A DNA stretch of 64,000 nt from the NCBI GenBank assembly GCA_963708025.1, contig CAVPSB010000015.1:318591-382590 (forward strand), written 5' to 3'. Shown here piece after piece: positions 27,057 to 36,449 of the stretch; the first letter of the stretch is position 1, and every line of letters starts with the position of its first letter. This stretch comes from an uncultured Candidatus Rokubacteria bacterium. GTDB lineage: Bacteria > Methylomirabilota > Methylomirabilia > Rokubacteriales > DASRDR01. Under the pieces are notes generated by a model, which made no database searches, was not told where the DNA came from, and was given only the letters and a program-made list of their open reading frames with translations. A program made the position numbers and the translations under genes.

Positions 27057-27936
27057 CGCGCCGTTGCGCGAGACGCTGGCGGGGGCCGCGGTCACCGCGC
27101 GCCCGCGCGTCGCGCGCCGTCGCCGCGTGCCGACCCCGGGCGAGGTCCTGATCCTGGCGACGGCGCTGGTGGTGGCGGTGGTGATGCTCTATCCGACCGC
27201 CTGGGTCTTCTTCGCGTCGTTCAAGACCCAGGAGACCCTCTTCTCGGGAGAGTTCGCCCACTACACGCTGCGGAACTACGTCCGGCTGCTCGGCTCCGGC
27301 TTCGCGGTCCACATCGCCAACAGCCTCGCGATCTGCCTGACCGCCGTCGTCGCGTCGACGTTCGTCTCGGTGATCGCCGCCTACGTGTTCTCCCGGACCC
27401 GGTTCCGCTGGAAGCCGGCGATCTTCGGGGCGGTGATGCTGGGACAGACGTTCCCGTGGATCGTCCTCGTCACCCCCGTCTTCATCCTGTTCGCGCGCCT
27501 GGGGCTCCTCAACAGCTACGTGGGGATGGTGTTCTGCTACATCGCGATCACCATCCCCTTCTCCGTCTACCTCCTGGTCGGCTACCTGGAGTCGGTGCCC
27601 CGGAGCCTCGACGAGACCGCGATCATCGACGGCTGCCCCCGGTTCCAGGTGATCTGGCGGATCGTCTTCCCGATCATGCTCCCGGGCGTGGTCGCCACCG
27701 CCACCTACTCCTTCCTGCTGTGCTGGTCCGAGTACCTCTTCGCGCTCGCGTTCCTGACGCAGACCGAGATGAAGACGATGCCGCTGGCGCTCTACGCGTT
27801 CTTCGGCGAGCACACCACCGAGTGGGGCCAGGTGATGGCGGCCTCGGCCCTGATCACGCTGCCGACCCTCCTCCTCTTCCTGCCCCTCCAGACGAAGCTC
27901 ACGGCGGGGCTGGCCGCCGGCTCCGTCAAGCAGTAG
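27043..27936 (+). CDS. Carbohydrate ABC permease
   Basis: YTLRNY, LDETAIIDGC, GLAAGSVK. Confidence 0.92.
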   Translation: MRSSDAPLRETLAGAAVTARPRVARRRRVPTPGEVLILATALVVAVVMLYPTAWVFFASFKTQETLFSGEFAHYTLRNYVRLLGSGFAVHIANSLAICLTAVVASTFVSVIAAYVFSRTRFRWKPAIFGAVMLGQTFPWIVLVTPVFILFARLGLLNSYVGMVFCYIAITIPFSVYLLVGYLESVPRSLDETAIIDGCPRFQVIWRIVFPIMLPGVVATATYSFLLCWSEYLFALAFLTQTEMKTMPLALYAFFGEHTTEWGQVMAASALITLPTLLLFLPLQTKLTAGLAAGSVKQ

Positions 27937-27947
27937 GCTCGCGGTCG

Positions 27948-29008
27948 ATGACGTCGCTCGAAACCATCCGAGTGCGCCAGCGCGGCCGAACGCCACTGGC
28001 TCGCCTCAGAGGGACATGGATCAGGCTGGGCACTGCCGCCGCCGTGGTCTTCTGTGCGGGTGTCCTCGTCCTCGCCGCTCCGAACGCCGCCGCCGCACAG
28101 CCGGGGGCCAGGGTCGCCCGGATCGGATACCTGACGGCAGCAAGGGCAGCGCGGGTACCACGCGCCCTCGAAGCGCTCCGGCTCGGGCTGTCGGATCTCG
28201 GCTACGTGGAGGGCCAGCATTACGTCATCGAGGCGCGGGCGGCCGAGGGGCAACTCGACCGTGTGCCCGGCCTGGCCGCTGAGCTCGTCCGGCTCAAGGT
28301 CAACGTCATCGTGGCGGCAGGCCCGCAGGCGGCCATCCCGGCGAGGGTCGCCACTACGACCATCCCCATCGTTCTGGTATTCAGTGAGGACCCGGTGGCC
28401 ATCGGCCTCGTCCAGAGCCTCTCGCGGCCGGGCGGCAACGTGACGGGGCTGTCTCACATGAGCGTGGAGCTGGCCGGGAAGCGGCTCGAGCTGCTGAAGG
28501 AAGCCGTGCCCCGGCTGTCGCGCGTGGCCGTCTTCTGGGACTCGACCCTCCCTGAGAAGGTCCTCGAGTTCAGGCAGACCGAGAGGGCGGCCCGGGTCCT
28601 CGGGATCCAGCTGCAGTCCGCGGAGGTGCGCGGGCCCGCTGACCTCGAGCCGGTCTTCGCCGCCATCGTCCGGGAGCGGGCCAGCGCGTTCATCGCCCTG
28701 CAGTACCCGCAACTGGACCCGCTGATGAAGCGGCTCTTGGAGCTGGCGCTCAGGAGCCGACTGCCCGGATTGTGCCCGGGATGGTCGAGGAGGGGTGCCT
28801 CATGGCTTACGAGGTGAACGGCGCCCAGTTGCTTCGCCGGCAGGTCGCCGGGTACGTGGACAAGCTCTTGAAGGGCGCCAAGGCCGCTGAGCTGCCCGTC
28901 CAGCAACCCACGGTCTTCGATCTGTCGATCAACCTCCGGACCGCCAGGACGATCGGCCTCACGATCCCGCCGGCGCTCCTCGACCGCGCCGACCGCGTGA
29001 TCCGGTGA
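27948..29008 (+). CDS. ABC substrate-binding protein (PF04392-like); frameshift near 28770
   Basis: LGYVEG, SLSRPGGNVTG, KRLELLKE, LPVQQPT, RADRVI. Confidence 0.8.
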
Positions 29009-30237
29009 GCGTCACCCCGACCGCGCGGACGTGCGCCTGTCGCCGTGCCGTGGCATCGTCGAGCGGGTGGGTACCTGCCGACCTCGCGAACCAGCGGCCT
29101 GACGCGCTGCTGGCACCGTCGCACTTCGACCCCGTGGCCGGCAGCCGTCTCTACAACGAGTACCTCCAGCACTACCAGCTCGTCGAGGCCGTCGGCTTCG
29201 ACGGCATCATGCTGAACGAGCACCACAACGCGCCGTTCTGCATGCAGGCCAAGGCGAACATCTTCGCCGCGATCCTGGCCGCCACGACCTCCCGGGTGAA
29301 GATCGTGCCGCTCGGCAACCCGCTGCCGCTCGCCGACAACCCGGTGCGCCTGGCCGAAGAGCTGGCCATGATCGACATGATCTCCCGGGGCCGGCTCGTG
29401 TCGGGGTTCGTCCGCGGCGGCGGCCAGGAGCAGCTCGCCACCGGCGTGAATCCCGCCTACAACCGCGAGCGCTTCGAGGAGGCGCACGACCTCATCGTCA
29501 AGGCCTGGACGCAGCCCGGGCCGTTTCGCTGGGAGGGCCCGCACTACCAGCACCGCGTCGTGAATCCCTGGGCGCTGCCGCTGCAGAAGCCGCACCCGCG
29601 CATCTGGATCCCCGGCGTCCTCAGCAAGGAGACGGTCGTCTGGGCGGCCCGTCACCGCTACCCCTACATCGCGCTGAGCACGTCGATCGAGGCCACCAAG
29701 AAGATCTGGGCGCTCTACGACGCCACCGCGGCCGAGGCGGGGTACGCCGCCGGGCCGGAGAACCGCGGCTACCTGCAGCGCTGTCACGTCGCCGAGACCG
29801 AGGAGAAGGCCCTGGCCAACGCGCGCCAGTTCATGTGGATGCAGGGCGAGTTCACAGGGCTGGCCCATCCCGTGTGGTCCACCCCGTCCGGCTACTTCTC
29901 GCCGTCGAACCGGCGCGCGTTCGTCGAGTACGCCGTGGGCCGCCGGGCCAACCCGCGCGGGGTCAAGTTCGAGGATCAGATCCGCGACCAGATGATCATC
30001 GCCGGCACGCCGTCGACGGTGATCCCGAAGCTCCGGCGCCTGCTCGAGGAGACGCGGCCGTCGATCCTGGCCTTCTGGGCGAGCGACGGGTTCGTCGGCG
30101 ACGAGGACGCGCGGACGTGCATCCGGCTCATGGGCCAGGAGGTGCTGCCGGCGCTGCGCGAGATCGGCAAGGAGCTGGAGCTGTGGAGCCCGTTCGAGGT
30201 GAACGCGCCGGTGAGCCTGGCGGCCGGCTCCGGCTAG
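29005..30237 (+). CDS. LLM-class flavin-dependent oxidoreductase; N-terminus looks degraded
   Basis: GFDGIMLNEHH, AEELAMIDMISRGR, QKPHPRIW. Confidence 0.85.
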   Translation: MSVTPTARTCACRRAVASSSGWVPADLANQRPDALLAPSHFDPVAGSRLYNEYLQHYQLVEAVGFDGIMLNEHHNAPFCMQAKANIFAAILAATTSRVKIVPLGNPLPLADNPVRLAEELAMIDMISRGRLVSGFVRGGGQEQLATGVNPAYNRERFEEAHDLIVKAWTQPGPFRWEGPHYQHRVVNPWALPLQKPHPRIWIPGVLSKETVVWAARHRYPYIALSTSIEATKKIWALYDATAAEAGYAAGPENRGYLQRCHVAETEEKALANARQFMWMQGEFTGLAHPVWSTPSGYFSPSNRRAFVEYAVGRRANPRGVKFEDQIRDQMIIAGTPSTVIPKLRRLLEETRPSILAFWASDGFVGDEDARTCIRLMGQEVLPALREIGKELELWSPFEVNAPVSLAAGSG

Positions 30238-30272
30238 GCCGTAGCGGGCGCGGCGGCGAGGAGGGAGGTCCG

Positions 30273-31736
30273 ATGGCCGCGTCGAGCGACCGGGTGCGGA
30301 ACGTCGTGCTCGTCGTCTTCGACACGCTCCGTCTGGACGCCGTCGGCTCCTACGGCACGCCGCCTCCGTGGGGCGCGATCGCGACGCCGGTCCTCGACGC
30401 CTTCGCCCGGGAGTCGGTCCGCTTCACCCGCGCCTACCCCGAGTCGCTCCCGACGCTCTGCGCGCGCCGCGCGCTCTACACCGGCCAGCGGACCTACCCC
30501 TTCCACGACGGGAACTTCCGCCTGAAGGGCGACTTCCCCGGGGTCGCGCCCGGGTGGGGGCCGATCCCCGAGGCGCAGCACACGCTGGCCGAGATCTTCC
30601 AGGCGGCCGGCTTCCGCACCGGGCTGATCGCGGACGTCTACCACATGTTCAAGCCGTCGAAGAACTTCTGGCGCGGCTTCGACCAGTGGACGTTCATCCG
30701 GGGCCAGGAGACCGACCCCGCCCGGAGCGGCCCGGCGCCGAGCCAGGCGCTGATCGACCGGTACGTCCCGCGCCGGCTCCAGGACGCGCGGCGCCAGGCA
30801 CGGGGGCTCGCGAAGCTCCCGACGGGGATCGACTGGTTCTCGAGCGCGTGTGTCCGCAACATGCACGACCGGGTGCGCGAGGAGCTGTGGTTCAACGCCC
30901 AGGTCATGCAGGAGGCGGCGCGCTGGCTCGAGCAGAACCGGGACGCCGAGCGGTTCTTCCTCACCGTCGAGTCGTTCGATCCCCACGAGCCGTGGTTCGT
31001 GCCCGAGCACTACCGGACGCCGCTACGACGGCGTCGGAGGGGCCGGAGCAGGTGCTCTCGCCCTACTGCCGAGCTCCCGGATCTCGAGCCGGAGCTGGTG
31101 CGGCGCACCCGGGCGAACTACGCGGGCCTGGTGACGATGTGCGACCGGTGGCTCGGCCACCTGCTGGAGACCCTCCGCGCCCAGGGGCGGCTCGACGACA
31201 CGCTGGTCGTCGTCGCCTCCGACCACGGCCACACGCTCTGGGAGCGGCGGGCGTACATCGGCAAGCGCGGCTACCCGTCGGACCCGGAGGTCTACGACGT
31301 CCCGCTCCTGATCCGCCACCCCGCCGGCCTCGGCGCCGGGACGACGTGCGATGCCTGGGTCCAGCACCACGACCTCGCCGCCTACGCTCCTGGAGGCGGC
31401 CGGCACGCCGCCGCCGGAGCCCATCGCCGGCCGCTCGGTCTGGCGGACGGCCTTCGCCGGCGGCCCGCCGGTCCGCGACCACGTGGTGGTCGGCTGGGGC
31501 TCGGCGATGACCGTCGTGACCGACCGCTGGTGGTTCAACTGCAAGGCGGACGGGCGGGGCGCCTTCCTGTTCGACCGGAAGCGCGCCGATCCCTTCGGCG
31601 AGAACCTGGCCGACGCGGAGCCCGCCCTCGTCCGCGAGCTGTTCGCCCGCGAGCTGGCGGGTTCCCCGGCTACGTCATGGCGCTGGCCGCGAGCGCCGTC
31701 GACGCCCCCGGCTGCAGCCCCATCGCAGTGGCGTAG
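30273..31736 (+). CDS. Sulfatase-fold hydrolase; frameshifts near 31020-31070, 31380 and 31660
   Basis: NVVLVVFDTLR, FDPHEPW, SDHG. Confidence 0.8.
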   Translation: MAASSDRVRNVVLVVFDTLRLDAVGSYGTPPPWGAIATPVLDAFARESVRFTRAYPESLPTLCARRALYTGQRTYPFHDGNFRLKGDFPGVAPGWGPIPEAQHTLAEIFQAAGFRTGLIADVYHMFKPSKNFWRGFDQWTFIRGQETDPARSGPAPSQALIDRYVPRRLQDARRQARGLAKLPTGIDWFSSACVRNMHDRVREELWFNAQVMQEAARWLEQNRDAERFFLTVESFDPHEPWFVPEHYRTPLRRRRRGRSRCSRPTAELPDLEPELVRRTRANYAGLVTMCDRWLGHLLETLRAQGRLDDTLVVVASDHGHTLWERRAYIGKRGYPSDPEVYDVPLLIRHPAGLGAGTTCDAWVQHHDLAAYAPGGGRHAAAGAHRRPLGLADGLRRRPAGPRPRGGRLGLGDDRRDRPLVVQLQGGRAGRLPVRPEARRSLRREPGRRGARPRPRAVRPRAGGFPGYVMALAASAVDAPGCSPIAVA

Positions 31737-31808
31737 ACGGGCGTCGCGTCAGCGTGGCCGGGTCCGGTTTGACCCCGATGCCCGCCGCGTCGATGCTACA
31801 CTGCGTTC

Positions 31809-32075
31809 GTGGACCCGATCGCCCTGAGGGCCTACCGGGATCGCGCGTGGGCGGTGGCGGAGGACCTGAAGCGGGCGCACTGGGCGCGCGAGTTCGCCGC
31901 GCGGGGTCCCGAGGCGACCGTCCACGCCGCCCACGCGCTCTGGCGGCACATGCGCCTCGTCCGCCCGGACTGGCCCTCGGCGGCTCAGCGCCGCGAAGAC
32001 TTCGCCCATCACGTCCAGCTCAAGCAGCGCATCGACCGCGCCGCCGGTGCCGTCCTCCGCCTCGCCGATCGTTGA
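31809..32075 (+). CDS. Small helical protein, putative antitoxin
   Basis: 88 aa, overlaps downstream nucleotidyltransferase; TGcTACACT extended -10 at 31794-31802. Confidence 0.65.
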   Translation: MDPIALRAYRDRAWAVAEDLKRAHWAREFAARGPEATVHAAHALWRHMRLVRPDWPSAAQRREDFAHHVQLKQRIDRAAGAVLRLADR

Positions 32076-32637
32076 GCTCCTCGCGGAGCTCGGGCCGGCC
32101 CTTGCCGCGCTCGGCGCTCGCTGGTACCTGTTCGGGGCTCAGGCGGCCATCCTCCACGGCGTCGCCCGGCTCACGGCCGACGTGGACGTCACGGTCGATC
32201 TCGGCTCCCAGCCGACGGCCCGGCTCGTCGCCGGTCTGGCCGACGCGGGCTTCGACCTGCGCGTCGCCGACGTCGGCGGGTTCGTCGACGCCACGCGGGT
32301 CCTCCCGTTCGTGCATCGCCGCACGCGCATCCCGGTCGACGTCGTGCTGGCCGGCCCCGGGCTCGAAGAGCTGTTCTTCGCCCGGGCCGAGGAACGGGAG
32401 ATCGGGAGTGTTCGCGTGCCGGTCGCATGCGCCGAGGATCTGATCACCATGAAGGTCCTGGCCGGGCGTCCGCGGGACCGGGAGGACGTCGTCGCCATGC
32501 TCCGGGCGCGCGGTGGAGAGCTCGACCTCGAGCGGATCCGGGCCACCCTGGGCCTCCTGGAGAAGGCCTTGGACCAGGCCGACCTCCTCCCCGAGCTGGA
32601 GCGCGCCATCGAGCGCGCCGGACGCGGCCGGTCCTAG
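32047..32637 (+). CDS. AbiEii/MenT-like nucleotidyltransferase, putative toxin
   Basis: LFGAQAAILHG..RLTADVD, EDLITMKVLAGRPRDREDV. Confidence 0.8.
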   Translation: MPSSASPIVELLAELGPALAALGARWYLFGAQAAILHGVARLTADVDVTVDLGSQPTARLVAGLADAGFDLRVADVGGFVDATRVLPFVHRRTRIPVDVVLAGPGLEELFFARAEEREIGSVRVPVACAEDLITMKVLAGRPRDREDVVAMLRARGGELDLERIRATLGLLEKALDQADLLPELERAIERAGRGRS

Positions 32638-32692
32638 CCGGACGTCGAGCCGCGTCCCTGGACGCGTCGAATGAACGCGGTTCCGATCATTC

Positions 32693-33716
32693 TCAGGCGA
32701 GCGCTGACGGGTCCAGCTCGACCCCGAAGCCCGGCGCGTCGGTGGGACGGATCAGCCCCCGCTCGATCCGGGGCTCGCCGCGGAGCCACGTGACCCAGGG
32801 CCGCCCGCTCTCGGCGAGCGGCTCCGGGCTCAGGGCGGCGATCGCGTGGAGGCCCCACACCTCGGCGCCCCGGTGGGGCACGACCCACAGGCCGTGCTCG
32901 GCGCCCAGCCGGAAGATCGCCCGGAGGGGCGTGAGGCCGCCGCACCAAGAGGCGTCCGGCTGGAGGATCTGGTGGGCGTGGCGCGCGATCACCTCCCGGA
33001 AGCCCTGCGCCCCGCACTCGTGCTCGCCGCCGGCGATCGGAATGGGCGAGCGGCGGCAGAGCTCCGCGTAGCCGTCCAGGTCGTCGGGCGAGAGCGGCTC
33101 TTCGATCCAGCGCACGTCGTGGGCCACGAACGCGTCCGCCAGTCGCAGTGTGGTCGCCAGGTCCCACTCGAGGAACGCGTCCACGTAGAGCGCGATCTCC
33201 GGGCCGAGCCGCTCGCGGGCCCGGCGCACTACGTCCACGTTTGCGGCGAAGCCCGGGGAGGGCCGCGGCATGTGGAGCTTCACGTGGCGGAAGCCCCGCT
33301 CGGCCTCGTCGCCGACCTCGTGACCAATCGAGGCGTAGGCGAGGATCGCGGGGTTCCGGAGTCCCCCGAGGAGCGCGTAGACGGGCTCCCCGGCGACTTT
33401 CCCCGCGAGGTCCCAGAGGGCCAGGTCCACTCCCGAGAGCGCCCACAGCGCGATGCCCTTCCGGCCGAACGGGAGCGTGGCCCGGTACATGAGGGCCCAG
33501 AGCCCCTCGATGTCGGCGGGATCGCGTCCCAGCAGGACGTCCCGCAGGACCGTCTCGACCACGTGGACGCCGGCGCGGCCGCCGCCGCCCACGCCGAGCC
33601 CGGTGAGCCCCGCGTCCGTGTCGAACCAGGACCGCGACCTGGGCCATGGCGGTCCGCCAGTCGCGCGGCTCGTTCGTGCCGCGCGGGATCACCGCGCGGA
33701 CGTCCGTGATCTTCAC
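32693..33716 (-). CDS. Mandelate racemase/enolase-superfamily enzyme; frameshift near 33622
   Basis: SGVDLALWDL, WIEEP, AGGEHE, QPD, PGFGVE. Confidence 0.85.
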
Positions 33717-33720
33717 GCGC

Positions 33721-34819
33721 TCAGAGATCGTCGGGGGTGAGGGCGAGGCCGAGGCCCGGCCCGTCGGGCGGCCGGACATAGCCCTGCCGCGGCGCGAACG
33801 TGCCGGCGGGGAGGCGGTCCCAGAGCCACTGGTGCAGCATGTGGTACTCGATGGAGTCGCAGTTGGCGACGGCCGCGCCGAGGTGGAGGCTCGCCGCCAT
33901 GACGACGGCGCTCGATGCCGCATGGAGCGAGCACGGGCGGTGAAACGCCCGGGCGAGGTCCGCGATCCGCCGGCCCTCGCTGATCCCCCCGCACACCGCC
34001 ACGTCGAACTGGACGAACTCCACGGCGCCTGCGGTGATCAGCTCGCGGTAGCGGTCGAGCCCGTACTCGGTCTCGTTGCCGCAGACGGGGATCGGGCCCG
34101 CGGCCTGGACGCGGGCCTGACCGGCGACGTCGTACGGCGAGACCGGCGCCTCGAGCCAGTACACGTCGTGGGGCGCGAGGGCGCGGGCGAGCCGGAGGCT
34201 CTCGGGCACGGTGAGGTTGTAGACGGCGTCCACCATGAGCCGGATGCCCGGGCCCACCGCCTCGCGCGCCGCGGCGACCCGCCGGACGTCCTCGGCCAGC
34301 GGCGCGCCCCCGACCTTCATCTTGACGCCCGGTGAAGCCCCGGGCCACGTAGCCGGCCATCTCCTCGGCGAGCGCCTCCGGCGACTTGCCCTCGCCGTAG
34401 AGCCCGGCGCTGGCGTAGCAGTAGACCTCGTCCGCGTGGGCGCCGAGGAGCCGGTAGAGCGGGACCCGCAGGACCTGCCCCTTGAGGTCCCACAGGGCCG
34501 TGTCGATCGCGGAGAGCGCCGCCGCCACGATCCCGGTGCGCGACGAGAGCTCGGTGGGCCGGAACGCCCGCTGCCACACGCGCTCGACGAAGAATGGATC
34601 CTCCCCGACCACCAGCGGAGCGAGGTCCTCCTCGATGGTGGCCACCAGGGCCTGGGGCGACGCCGCCGTGTTCCACGCCTCGCCGACCCCGAGGTGGCCT
34701 GTGTCGGTTTCGAGGAAGACCAGCACCATGACCTTTTCCTGCCACCGCGTCCGCGGATTCCAGAGGCGCCCGTCCATGTCACGGCGGACGACGCGGGGGA
34801 TGACCTTGGTGACCTTCAC
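33721..34819 (-). CDS. Mandelate racemase/enolase-superfamily enzyme; frameshift near 34330
   Basis: SAIDTALWDL, KMKVG, LMVDA, WLEAP, GNETE, PGLG. Confidence 0.85.
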
Positions 34820-34899
34820 GACAGGCAGGGTAGACCACGACCGGGGTCGGCGACAACCCGTGGCTGCGGCGGTGGGACCACCGGCCCCCACACGCTAGT

Positions 34900-35055
34900 G
34901 GTTTTGAAGCGAACCCGCCCGCCGTCCGGGCCGGCGAGCCCGGGCTTGCCGCCGGCCGCCGCGGTCAGCCGCACGGCGTCGGGTGGGCGAACGAGGAAGG
35001 CCGCCAGGAGCTGGCGCAGGCGCCCACGGGCGATCACGTGGGCGCGCCGGGCCAC
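34900..35055 (-). pseudogene. Fragment of Sfp-type 4'-phosphopantetheinyl transferase
   Basis: ARRAHVIARGRLRQLLAAFL..PPDAVRL....GKP.L....VRF resembles the Sfp N-terminal half; breaks off before NLSHS. Confidence 0.6.
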
Positions 35056-35468
35056 TGCCCAGTGAGACGCCGCGGTTCCGGTTCTCGGCATGTCGGGAAA
35101 TACCCTGGGAAAGAGTTTTGCTATTCGCCTAGCGGGGTATGCAAGAGAATCGGGATTCGTGAACCCCTCCGGTCTAGGTTCGCTGCTTGCACAGGGGTGT
35201 CCGGACCCGCAAGGGAATTCACATGGCGCCAAGCGATAACCACCCCGCTCCTCAGGCAGAGAATCGGGACACGACGAGCTCCGTGAGGACGAGCGGTGAG
35301 CTCGACGGACCCGCCCACCGTAGAGCAGCTCGCTGACGTCATCAGGCAGCGGGTGTGGTTGGCGTTCGGGTCGTCGGTGGACGACCCGAAGTGCTCCGAA
35401 CCGTATCCGACCCGCGGATTGACATCATGCCATCCCAAGTTGGGAGTCTCACGCCGTCGGGACATACC

Positions 35469-36410
35469 ATGCGAATCGCGGTAATGGGTGCCGGCGCCGT
35501 CGGAGGATATTTCGGAGCCCGACTGGCTGCGTCTGGCCTAGATGTTTCTTTCATTGCGCGGGGAGAACACCTGAGGTCTACGCAGAAACATGGCCTTAGG
35601 GTAAGAAGCATCCAGGGAGACCTGGAGATCCATTCTCGGTTCACTTCGAACCCGGAAGACGTTGGCCCTGTTGATCTGGTCCTATTCAGTGTCAAGTCTC
35701 CGGACACCGAAGAGGCTGCAAGGTCGTTGGCGCCGCTCATGAGTGGGAAAACCACGGTGTTGTGTCTTCAAAACGGCGTCAACAATCCGGAGAAGATCGC
35801 ACGACTGTGGGGTGTGGACCGGACTCTGGCCAGCGTCGTATATGTTGCCGCTGCAGTCCGCGAACCTGGAGTCATAGAGCACCGCGCGGGCGGGCGGATT
35901 GTTCTGGGATCGCTCGACGCGCCGGGCCAAGAGTCCGCACGCAACGTTCAGTCCATTTTGGCCGGGAGCCACGTTCCCTGTGATGTGAGCTCCGAGATTC
36001 GCACGGATCTCTGGAGAAAGCTCGCCTGGAGTTCACCCTTCTGTGCTCTTTCCTGCTTGCTGCGCATGACGATTGGAGAGATCAGGGCTTCGGACTCGCT
36101 CGAGCACCTTATTGGGGGCTGTATCGAGGAAGTTCGGAACGCCGCTCAGTGCCGTGGCATTGACCTTCCCCCGTCAATTGCGCAAGACACCCTGAGTGTT
36201 TCGCGTAGTCTGGGAGACGTCAAGCCGTCTATGCTTCAGGACCTGGAAGCAGGAAAGCCCCTTGAACATGAAGCCTTGAACGGCATTGTAGTAAAGATCC
36301 TTCACCAGGCCGGAAAGAGAGCGCCGATCAACGAGATCTTTTATACAGCTCTGAAACACATCGATCGGGACCTTCGCGCCAGACAATCCCGTTCCAAAGG
36401 ATTAGGTTAG
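35469..36410 (+). CDS. panE: Ketopantoate reductase (PanE/ApbA) family
   Basis: MRIAVMGAGAVGG, LQNGV, WRKL, PSMLQDLEAG, LEHEALNG; lower-GC DNA. Confidence 0.88.
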   Translation: MRIAVMGAGAVGGYFGARLAASGLDVSFIARGEHLRSTQKHGLRVRSIQGDLEIHSRFTSNPEDVGPVDLVLFSVKSPDTEEAARSLAPLMSGKTTVLCLQNGVNNPEKIARLWGVDRTLASVVYVAAAVREPGVIEHRAGGRIVLGSLDAPGQESARNVQSILAGSHVPCDVSSEIRTDLWRKLAWSSPFCALSCLLRMTIGEIRASDSLEHLIGGCIEEVRNAAQCRGIDLPPSIAQDTLSVSRSLGDVKPSMLQDLEAGKPLEHEALNGIVVKILHQAGKRAPINEIFYTALKHIDRDLRARQSRSKGLG

Positions 36411-36449
36411 ACGTATGCCGGGAAGGAGAGCACTGAGGAGGACTAGGCA

